From: Candidatus Saccharimonadales bacterium
Lineage (GTDB): Bacteria > Patescibacteriota > Saccharimonadia > Saccharimonadales > DATKHC01
Direction of reading: 5' to 3'
Length of the DNA: 64,000 bases
Assembly: GCA_038317055.1 (NCBI GenBank)
Contig: JBBQBA010000001.1
Span: 88,153-152,152 of the forward strand
The position numbers and the translations under genes are program-made. Positions 57,495 through 64,000 of the stretch are shown piece after piece. The notes under the pieces were generated by a model. The model worked only from the letters and a program-made list of their open reading frames with translations, searched no databases and had not been told where the DNA came from. Position 1 is the first letter of the stretch. Each line of letters starts with the position of its first letter.

Positions 57495-57620
57495 ATGAAT
57501 AATCAACAAGTCCAAAAACAAAAAGTAGGTCGTCCTACAGTTGTTAATGAAAACACTATCCGAAAATTAGAGGCTGCAATAAGTAGTGGGTTCTCGGTCA
57601 CTACAGCAAAAGCTACTTAG
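57495..57620 (+). pseudogene. Decayed helix-turn-helix gene remnant (terminase-small-subunit/transposase-type HTH)
   Basis: Own reading: MNNQQVQKQKVGRPTVVNENTIRKLEAAISSGFSVTTAKAT*ISTL*R*. The stops fall where an HTH of the pattern A..aGIS..TLYRW would have G/Y/W. Confidence 0.4.
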
Positions 57621-57702
57621 ATTTCTACTTTATAACGTTGAGTTATATGACAAAACATTGACTTATACTGTAAACGACCCCTATAAGACATTTACCCAGT
57701 TA

Positions 57703-57726
57703 AACAAAAAAGCCTCCGGAGAGGCT
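57703..57726 (-). terminator. Rho-independent terminator downstream of the tRNA-Phe/tRNA-Gly pair
   Basis: Perfect hairpin AGCCTC-CGGA-GAGGCT (57711..57726), followed on the minus strand by TTTTTTGTTT. Confidence 0.65.
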
Positions 57727-57738
57727 GATTTAACAAAT

Positions 57739-57815
57739 TGGTGCGGGTCAGGGGACTCTAACCCCTGGCCTCGTCCTTGGCAAGGACGCGCTCTAAACAA
57801 CTGAGCTAGACCCGC
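57739..57815 (-). tRNA. tRNA-Gly (anticodon GCC), CCA encoded
   Basis: Reverse complement: acceptor GCGGGTC/GACCCGC; D-arm GCTCAGTTGTTTAGAGC; anticodon stem CGTCC/GGACG with loop TTGCCAA; T-arm AGGGGTTAGAGTCCCCT; ACCA. Confidence 0.85.
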
Positions 57816-57830
57816 ATAATATAAAAATCT

Positions 57831-57906
57831 TGGTGGCTCCTCCCAGACTCGAACTGGGGACACAAGGCTCTTCAAGCCTCTGCTCTACCAACTGAGCTAA
57901 AGAGCC
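57831..57906 (-). tRNA. tRNA-Phe (anticodon GAA), CCA encoded
   Basis: Reverse complement: acceptor GGCTCTT/AGGAGCC; D-arm GCTCAGTTGGTAGAGC; anticodon loop TTGAAGA; T-arm CCCAGTTCGAGTCTGGG; ACCA. Confidence 0.85.
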
Positions 57907-58166
57907 ACAACTTGACATATTTTACGGCAAATAACAGATAAGCACAAGATGATGAAGGTTAATTATCGTAATTCTATTATCGAAAACAAGTAAAAAACTT
58001 TATAAAAATCTTACAGATTATCAAAATAATTATGTTAAATTTTTGAACTGTTATTTTGTTGATTTTATTACAGTTGTTAGTTATTGACTGAAAATTATTG
58101 TGGGAGTAAAGTACTATTTACTATCGTGAGGTAGTAGTTAATAGCAGCAATGTTACTAACGGGAAA

Positions 58167-58193
58167 GGAGTCCTTCACCGGACTTCTTTTTTT
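58167..58193 (+). terminator. Intrinsic terminator hairpin with plus-strand polarity (possibly bidirectional; abuts the trehalase stop codon)
   Basis: GGAGTCC-ttcacc-GGACTTC forms a 7-bp stem with one G.U pair, followed by seven T on the plus strand. On the minus strand only TTTCCC follows the stem. Confidence 0.55.
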
Positions 58194-59568
58194 ATGCTTT
58201 TATTTCCTGTTTGACGTCAATAAAATCTTGGCATAGTTTTTCAAATACTGCATTAGTCCATCCAAAACCAGTTTGTGAAGGATATAATCCTTTTGCGGGT
58301 GGTTTAATAGGAGATACTACATTATATTTTTCAAGAAAAACTCCATGTGTATCATACCAATCTAGATTCGTCTTTAACCACTTAAGACTAATTCGTTTAG
58401 CGTCTTCATGATAGCCATATCGTTCTAGGCCTTTTATAACAATGTAGTGAAGTGGTGCCCAGCCATTTGGATATGCCCATTGAGTTGGAATATTACCTGG
58501 CGTTAGTTTATTTAATTGTTGAGATTCTGTAGTAGTCAGTCCACCTTTTTGCTCAAACCGACGAAGCGCTTTTACAAGTACTTTAGCTTTCTCTTGATCA
58601 ACAAGTCCTGCCCACATTGGATAAAATGCAGCCAATGAACCAACAGTGCCTCTTTTTTCTTTAACGAAATTGTAGTCGTAGTACATTCCGCGAAGAGTGC
58701 TCCACATTAGTTTATCCATTTCATGTTTGCGGTGCCTAGCAGAGCTTTCCCACTGCGCAGCTATTTTCTTTTTATTTATTAAATTGTAGAAGCGTGCAAA
58801 ATCCATTTCGTATTTATATAGAAGGCTGTTTAGATCTACCGGCAAATAATCTAGACACTTTCTATTAAACCTTGTAGTCATATCCCATCCACTCTCAGCT
58901 TCAGCAAGATCATTTATATAATTGGTATCGTAATAACGAGAAAGACCATGATAAACCTGTCGTATATTTGGCTTAAAAGTACCCATCCAAACATTGTTAT
59001 ATTCGTCTTCAGCAACTTCCATCATTCCTTTTAGCCAATTTAAATCTAAGTCATAAGCATCATAAACATCAAAAATAAAACTAGTCATAAAAGGTGGTTG
59101 TGATCGTCCAGTTAAATATGTTCTTGAAGCATTGGGTACAATTTTAAATCGTTTATAAAGTGAAACTATATCTTCTAAAATACCCATCACAATTGGCTTA
59201 TGTTCATGATCCAACATGCCCTGAATCATAAAATAGCTATCCCAATAATAAAGTTCATTAAAATCAAACTCATGTCCTTTTTCATAAGCGGGCACTAAAT
59301 ACGGGTGAGGTAGACCAATTAGATTATCGTCATCCTTAGGATGATAACGCTCTAACTTTTCCCAATAATTACCAATATATTCGCGAGCAGCTGTTACATC
59401 TTTAAGAGAAATTCTTTGATGGCCAAATAATATTACAGTTAAATTACTAGCTAGACCGCTAGAAAGCGAAGTTGAAACGTTTGTCGCCAACTTTTTTGTC
59501 TTATGAAACATCTTTCTCAGACTAGGACAACTAACATATAAGGTCAAGCGGCTTTTAGATATATCCAA
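58192..59568 (-). CDS. treA: Alpha,alpha-trehalase (glycoside hydrolase family 37)
   Basis: 458 aa. GH37 motifs RSQPPFMTSFI, ESGWDMTTRF, VDLNSLLYKYE, GFGWTNAVF. The true start may be an internal Met (MFHKTKK...). Confidence 0.85.
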   Translation of the reverse strand: MDISKSRLTLYVSCPSLRKMFHKTKKLATNVSTSLSSGLASNLTVILFGHQRISLKDVTAAREYIGNYWEKLERYHPKDDDNLIGLPHPYLVPAYEKGHEFDFNELYYWDSYFMIQGMLDHEHKPIVMGILEDIVSLYKRFKIVPNASRTYLTGRSQPPFMTSFIFDVYDAYDLDLNWLKGMMEVAEDEYNNVWMGTFKPNIRQVYHGLSRYYDTNYINDLAEAESGWDMTTRFNRKCLDYLPVDLNSLLYKYEMDFARFYNLINKKKIAAQWESSARHRKHEMDKLMWSTLRGMYYDYNFVKEKRGTVGSLAAFYPMWAGLVDQEKAKVLVKALRRFEQKGGLTTTESQQLNKLTPGNIPTQWAYPNGWAPLHYIVIKGLERYGYHEDAKRISLKWLKTNLDWYDTHGVFLEKYNVVSPIKPPAKGLYPSQTGFGWTNAVFEKLCQDFIDVKQEIKA

Positions 59569-59582
59569 TCAATTATAAAAAA

Positions 59583-60296
59583 TTAGCAGCTAATATCAAG
59601 ATCCAGCTTACCAATATATTGGGTAAGCTGTGTTTTTCCACCCGTAAAATTAAAGCCATTACATTGTTTTACGGCAACATCATAATAATTACTATTTGAT
59701 GCAACCCAATTTGGCAGATTGTTTTTCCAATCATTAGTTAGTATTTTCCAACCTGGAGGAAATGCATAATATCCTAGCGATGATGGATTAACTGCTGAAT
59801 TAATTCCATCCTTTTCACCGATTAGACTTAGTTGATTAATTACTGGGCTAGTTGACCAAGAATTTATTGATTCAACATCCAACCACCAATTATTAGAAAC
59901 TACACCACGACTTAAAGCATAGTTAGTTGCATATCGTCCAGCATTAAAGCCATAGTTGTATGCTAAGCAACCAGTATTGTCCGAACTACAATCCAATGGT
60001 GAGTACTGAAATAACAAATCTCTAGGTTTACCTGGAAAACCAGTATTCACATAAAGTGATAAATTTTGTTTATATAAAGATGATTCTGCTCCTATACAAG
60101 GATTGGGATGGAAACTAAGTCCACCATTAACGCCAACTATCCCAAAACTAGCAGGATCGAATTTTAGATTAGCACAATTAGGCCAGGAAATATCTTGACC
60201 AACAGATTTCATCGGATAGCTTAGCGCATCAGCATTACCTACTGAAATTAATAGAAAACCAACAACAAATATCAATATAAGTTTTTTAAAAATCAT
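59583..60296 (-). CDS. Secreted hypothetical protein (weak GH25/DUF1906-like glycosidase resemblance)
   Basis: 237 aa with a signal peptide. GQDISWPNC...FGIVGVNGG is reminiscent of the GxDxSxxQ start of GH25-like folds. Support is weak. Confidence 0.35.
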   Translation of the reverse strand: MIFKKLILIFVVGFLLISVGNADALSYPMKSVGQDISWPNCANLKFDPASFGIVGVNGGLSFHPNPCIGAESSLYKQNLSLYVNTGFPGKPRDLLFQYSPLDCSSDNTGCLAYNYGFNAGRYATNYALSRGVVSNNWWLDVESINSWSTSPVINQLSLIGEKDGINSAVNPSSLGYYAFPPGWKILTNDWKNNLPNWVASNSNYYDVAVKQCNGFNFTGGKTQLTQYIGKLDLDISC

Positions 60297-60832
60297 GAAT
60301 TTCGATTAGTGTTATTAGTTCTCTTAGCATTAATCCCCAAGTACATGACTAGTCTGCCAAGTTTAATTTTGCTAGCAGCAGTTTCTGCATCTAGATGTAG
60401 TGTATCTCTGTTAGGGTATTCTGCATGCACCCAAAAAAGTGAAATTAGATCAGGGGAGAACAAATTTTCATCCGTACGATTAAGTTCTAAGACTCTGTAG
60501 GCAGATATCCTATCAATTAAAAGTAGAAGTTCATTTCTTCTAATTGAATTGTTTAATAATTCATTGTCTACACGAATTATAGTCCTAATTAGTCCCTTTT
60601 CAGCTAAATCTCTTCCATCTTCTTCAGGAGATTGATCTTCAGAATAGTCAAAGCTAATTTTACCTATACCTCCATATGTAATATTGAACCGATCAACTGC
60701 AGCTGAAATATCACCAAACCTCTCAAATCCCATTAGTTCAGGGAATAATTCTCGATGAGTACCCTGCGTATGAGTTTGATTGGTCAAAAACTCTTTTCTA
60801 AACTTCGGTTCTTCTGAATAGTCTAAATGCAT
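60293..60832 (-). CDS. Hypothetical cytoplasmic protein
   Basis: 179-aa ORF with a 4-nt overlap on the downstream gene. No family recognised. Confidence 0.4.
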   Translation of the reverse strand: MHLDYSEEPKFRKEFLTNQTHTQGTHRELFPELMGFERFGDISAAVDRFNITYGGIGKISFDYSEDQSPEEDGRDLAEKGLIRTIIRVDNELLNNSIRRNELLLLIDRISAYRVLELNRTDENLFSPDLISLFWVHAEYPNRDTLHLDAETAASKIKLGRLVMYLGINAKRTNNTNRNS

Positions 60833-60889
60833 AATTGTTATATATTATACAATATTTAACTAGATGTGTCTCTTACTCACGAGAGTAGC

Positions 60890-61615
60890 TTAGGACTCAA
60901 TGATCACTGTTGTTCCGATACTACTCCAATTATATAGCCATTGACCTGCAGCGACAGAGGTTTCTATACAACCGTGAGATGCGTCACTAGAATATGCGCT
61001 TATATTTCCAAAATCAGTTGGTGCTCTCCAAGAAGCATCATGTATTCCAAATACACCGTATTGATTACTCAAAAAAGGCATCCAAAATGAAACAGGATCA
61101 TCCCAACTTCCCTTTGAATCAGAGCCTCTTAGATGTAGATTAGTATATTTACCATATATATGAAAAGTACCAATTGGTGATGCATCTTCTACTATATTCA
61201 TATCCCCAGTAATAACAGCTGTGTCATATGTAAGCTGATTTCCGGTACAAGCCCACAGATGTCTTTGACTAATACTAGTAATGATTACTTGGTTTAACGT
61301 ATTTGTACTGCAAGTTGTAGCGACAGTTGCTACAGCAGGAGCCGGTGTAACTGGACTTGGAGTTACTACCGCTACAACGGGTTTAGGTGTAATAATTTTG
61401 TGTACTTTAGGCTTAACAATGGGTTTAACACTACTTACGTGAAAATATGCATAGGCTGGCACACTAAACAATATTAGTAAGATTGATACTATGCCAATTA
61501 TTTTACCAATTGAATATTTGCGTTTAGATTGTATTTGCTTAGACTTAGTAGAAGAATAGTTCTTACGGAAATCAGAATAGTTTCGGTGAATTACATTTCT
61601 TTGCGGCTTTTTCAT
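60890..61615 (-). CDS. L,D-transpeptidase (YkuD domain), membrane-anchored
   Basis: 241 aa. TM helix IIGIVSILLILFSVPAYAYF, a Pro/Val-rich linker, and the catalytic motif GIHDASW...SHGCIE (H-x-SHGC). Confidence 0.75.
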   Translation of the reverse strand: MKKPQRNVIHRNYSDFRKNYSSTKSKQIQSKRKYSIGKIIGIVSILLILFSVPAYAYFHVSSVKPIVKPKVHKIITPKPVVAVVTPSPVTPAPAVATVATTCSTNTLNQVIITSISQRHLWACTGNQLTYDTAVITGDMNIVEDASPIGTFHIYGKYTNLHLRGSDSKGSWDDPVSFWMPFLSNQYGVFGIHDASWRAPTDFGNISAYSSDASHGCIETSVAAGQWLYNWSSIGTTVIIES

Positions 61616-61677
61616 AATTATATTATACCTCTAGAGCTACATTTAATCTTGAACAGTCCTTAAATTTGTAACTTCCA

Positions 61678-62460
61678 TCATGTTTCAATATCTCTTTTTG
61701 TAAAGAAAATATAACTAACAATTATGAAAACCAGGGCGATGTATCCAAAAGTTTCTAGGCTATGGTAATTAAAATAATCTGTAGTTGAGTAATAGTGGAA
61801 TAAAGAACCTTTTTCTAAAATAGTCAAACTATGTACAGATACCACAAGTGAAGTAAGTAGATAACCAATAAATGCATATGCACAACTTAGTCCCAGTACA
61901 ATTCCTCGAATTCCAAAGATTGCATTTAGCATAAAAGTAACTAATCCGAACGTAATACCAATCGCTGCACTTTGTGCAACAAGTTCAGCAACTCTAGCAA
62001 CCGAATAATAATCGTGAATAATGGCAAGTGCTATAAAAGTCCCTATAAAAAGTCCAGCTGATGCAACCATAATAATAAAAATACCTGCGAACAATTTAGA
62101 AAACATAATCTTTGATCGAGTAAGTGGTAAGCTTACCTGGGTTTCTAAAATTCCTTTTCTTTCCTCACCTACAGTAAGATTGTTAAATACGATAATACTT
62201 AAAATTATAGTTAGAAGGGGAGCCCGCAAACCAAATACTTCACCTCTGATGTATCCTCCAATTGAGCTAAAAACACTACCACTACCTGCAATATGTTGTA
62301 CCGCAGCAGGCAAACTATTAAATACCTGGGCAATATTTGAACCTTTAAAGGCAGGGAAAAATACGGTTGTTATTAGTGCCGTCGCTAAAAAGGCCACAAA
62401 CCACCAGAACATCCACCATCTTTTTTGATACAGTGTTTTACCAAACATTGATCTAGTCAT
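61678..62460 (-). CDS. ABC-2 type transporter permease
   Basis: 260 aa with 6 TM helices. Its start overlaps the stop of the upstream ABC ATPase by 8 nt. Confidence 0.65.
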   Translation of the reverse strand: MTRSMFGKTLYQKRWWMFWWFVAFLATALITTVFFPAFKGSNIAQVFNSLPAAVQHIAGSGSVFSSIGGYIRGEVFGLRAPLLTIILSIIVFNNLTVGEERKGILETQVSLPLTRSKIMFSKLFAGIFIIMVASAGLFIGTFIALAIIHDYYSVARVAELVAQSAAIGITFGLVTFMLNAIFGIRGIVLGLSCAYAFIGYLLTSLVVSVHSLTILEKGSLFHYYSTTDYFNYHSLETFGYIALVFIIVSYIFFTKRDIET

Positions 62461-63385
62461 TGTATCGCTCCGAATTGTTATTATAGTAATGCAGGAAAAC
62501 TTCTTCTAAGTCAGGTTCTTCGATCATAATGTCAGTAATATTTTGAGCAGCAAAGAATTTAAGCAATTTTTTAACATCGCCGTTATACGAATAGATAAGC
62601 TTACCTTTAGATTTTTTTAGTAAGTTTAGGTTGGATAGTGTTTTTGCTTTTAATTCAATTTGTTTCGTGGAAGCTGAATCCGAAGATACTACAACTCGTT
62701 TAGTTAATTTATCTTTTGAATCATCAAGGTTCTGGACACCGACAATTGAGCCATCCTTAATAAAAGCTACTCTGTCACATAATTGCTGAACTTCACTTAA
62801 TACATGTGAAGACATGAGCACAGTGCCGCCTCGTTTTTTAAAATCTAGCACCATCTTTGAAAATGCAGTTTGCATAATTGGGTCAAAACCACTAGTAGGC
62901 TCATCAAAAATAAGTAGTTCTGGTTTATGCATTATTGCAGCTATTAAGCCAATTTTTTGCTTATTGCCTCTCGAATAGTTTCGTATTTTGTCTTTCAGGT
63001 CAATTTCGAATAGATCCGCAAGGTCTTTAACTCTGTCTTTGTGACCACCACCATAAATGTGGTTAACGAAATTTAAATATTTTTTACCAGTGAGATCTTC
63101 TTCATACTCCATATCGCCAGCCAGATAACCAATACGTTTGTGAATTTTTTTAGTCTTTTTACTAGAAAAACCAAATACTTTTACGGTTCCCTCGGTTGGA
63201 TGGAGTACATTCAAAATTATTCTGATCGTGGTTGTCTTTCCTGCTCCGTTTGGACCAAGGAAACCGAACACTTCACCACGTTTAACTTCAAGATCGAGAC
63301 CATCTATGACTTTGTCTCGTCCAAACTTCTTAACTAAATTAGCAATTTCAATTACATTTTCATTTTTGTTTTTTGGCATAACCAA
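62453..63385 (-). CDS. ABC transporter ATP-binding protein
   Basis: 310 aa. Walker A GPNGAGKTT, signature YSRGNKQKIGL, Walker B LLIFDEPTSGFD, H-loop SSHVL. Confidence 0.9.
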   Translation of the reverse strand: MVMPKNKNENVIEIANLVKKFGRDKVIDGLDLEVKRGEVFGFLGPNGAGKTTTIRIILNVLHPTEGTVKVFGFSSKKTKKIHKRIGYLAGDMEYEEDLTGKKYLNFVNHIYGGGHKDRVKDLADLFEIDLKDKIRNYSRGNKQKIGLIAAIMHKPELLIFDEPTSGFDPIMQTAFSKMVLDFKKRGGTVLMSSHVLSEVQQLCDRVAFIKDGSIVGVQNLDDSKDKLTKRVVVSSDSASTKQIELKAKTLSNLNLLKKSKGKLIYSYNGDVKKLLKFFAAQNITDIMIEEPDLEEVFLHYYNNNSERYND

Positions 63386-63434
63386 TCATTATTATATACT
63401 ATTATGTTTATTTAAACGCTTTTGCTTAAATCCT

Positions 63435-63818
63435 TTACTTCTCTAGTAGATCTTTGAGTGGGCCCATGTAGTACTTTTTCCAACCATCTTCTATATCTTC
63501 TGCATCTTCACCTGGAACTTTTTCATGAAGTAAATCAACTTCAGTTTTACCATTTTTTTCAATAAGTTTAAAAGTAAGTATTGACGGCTTATCCCAATTT
63601 TCTCCGCCATACCAATTCTGTCTTAACAGTTTATTCTTAATCACTTCTGTATTTTTTCCATACATCCAGTTATTCCATAGGCTAAATTCAAAACCGACTT
63701 CATCACTCATCCTAGCTGGACCACCACCCCATTTATTAATAGTTTTTGGATTAGTAAGTGCATCCCAGACTTTTTCAACTGGTGCATCGATTATATAGAT
63801 TTGTTTAATAGTTTTCAT
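63435..63818 (-). CDS. SRPBCC superfamily protein (AHSA1/Aha1-like)
   Basis: 127 aa. IIDAPVEKVWDALTNPKTINKW... and the length are typical of Aha1-domain SRPBCC proteins. Confidence 0.65.
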   Translation of the reverse strand: MKTIKQIYIIDAPVEKVWDALTNPKTINKWGGGPARMSDEVGFEFSLWNNWMYGKNTEVIKNKLLRQNWYGGENWDKPSILTFKLIEKNGKTEVDLLHEKVPGEDAEDIEDGWKKYYMGPLKDLLEK

Positions 63819-63849
63819 TAAATCCTACGATTATTAAATTATGATTATT

Positions 63850-64000
63850 TTACGAAACTACAGTTGGAGGAGTATTTGGTGGAACTGTTGGAGGTGAGAT
63901 TGGTGGTGTAGTTGGCGGTGAAGGTGGGGGTGAAGTCACGTTCGGTGATGAAGTTGTGTTTGCTGCACTTGATGTAATTGTTATGTCAGTAGTTCCTTTA
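63850..64000 (-). CDS. Partial CDS (C-terminus only): Pro/Thr-rich tail of an unknown protein
   Basis: Own reading of minus strand: ...TSPPPSPPTTPPISPPTVPPNTPPTVVS then TAA at 63852..63850. It continues beyond the window end. Confidence 0.3.
   Translation of the reverse strand, partial: KGTTDITITSSAANTTSSPNVTSPPPSPPTTPPISPPTVPPNTPPTVVS

Larger units (their letters stand above)
47120..57738. other. Putative accessory/defence island abutting the 3' end of tRNA-Gly (no integrase or att repeat identified)
   Basis: Content switches from housekeeping genes to an R-M operon, small Cys-rich and phage-like ORFs, a pilin-like gene, a decayed HTH gene, unusually long AT-rich spacers and a repeated palindrome. 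Its right edge lies 13 nt from tRNA-Gly. Confidence 0.45.

Noticed and set aside
57495-57660. Stop-codon reassignment (TGA=Trp or similar), suggested by stops at Tyr/Trp-expected positions in the HTH remnant
   Set aside because: Conserved genes in the window terminate properly on TGA (mnmA ends ...GGIVV-TGA at 27317), TAA (uvrA) and TAG (obg). No long ORF is interrupted by in-frame TGA. The standard code fits, so the remnant is better read as a pseudogene.
47120-57738. Direct repeat of the tRNA-Gly 3' end (att site) marking the far island boundary
   Set aside because: I looked by eye in 47.1-47.4 kb and 50.3-50.4 kb and found no convincing match of 12 nt or more. Only a weak CATAATA...CATG similarity was seen (50306-50322 vs 57480-57497). 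This needs a computed repeat search.
57586-57875. Two ORFs (72 aa plus-strand, 64 aa minus-strand) spanning the tRNA-Gly/tRNA-Phe region
   Set aside because: They overlap two well-folding tRNA genes and a terminator hairpin. There is no RBS or coding character.
62021-62428. 135-aa plus-strand ORF inside the ABC-2 permease gene, and similar antisense ORFs (30073..30447, 37064..37330, 43172..43598)
   Set aside because: These are shadow ORFs opposite genes with a coherent operon context. No independent support.

Overview
This 64 kb window is AT-rich, gene-dense and almost entirely minus-strand coding. It looks like a reduced-genome, Gram-positive-type bacterium. My inference is a Patescibacteria/CPR lineage such as Saccharibacteria, based on shortened AlaRS, UvrC and ATPase epsilon, sortase/LysM/CHAP surface biology, pilin-like proteins and CCA-encoding tRNAs. 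This placement cannot be confirmed without a database search.

Core content:
- DNA repair and replication-related genes: uvrA, uvrC, sbcB, ruvX.
- Translation genes: alaS, metG, mnmA, rplY/ctc, and five tRNAs (Leu-CAG, Leu-UAA, Cys-GCA, Gly-GCC, Phe-GAA).
- Other housekeeping genes: obg, an rpoD-like sigma factor, secG, an ftsA-like gene, mltG, and a divergent F-type ATPase operon.
- Many secreted or envelope proteins.

I saw no rRNA, CRISPR array, integrase or transposase.

Regions most worth a second look:
1. An accessory island at about 47.1-57.7 kb abuts tRNA-Gly/tRNA-Phe. It carries a tightly coupled four-gene operon: a beta-class Mod methyltransferase, a Res helicase-nuclease, a DUF2779-like dual nuclease-fold protein, and a Zn-ribbon/P-loop kinase ORF. 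This is more than a Type III R-M system needs, so it is my best candidate for an undescribed composite defence system. The island also holds a decayed HTH gene, phage-like small proteins and a thrice-repeated palindromic motif.
2. A four-gene secreted-protein cluster at 28.4-32.3 kb has architecture resembling the Firmicutes Csc/WxL cell-surface complex loci.
3. The F-type ATPase operon has no recognisable a subunit or canonical c subunit. It starts instead with a 290-aa secreted protein ending in a c-subunit-like hairpin without the ion-binding carboxylate.
4. A sortase is paired with a substrate carrying a non-canonical TPDTG sorting motif.
5. The sigma-70 factor carries a 147-aa C-terminal extension.

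All functional calls come from motif recognition by eye in the supplied translations. No searches were run.
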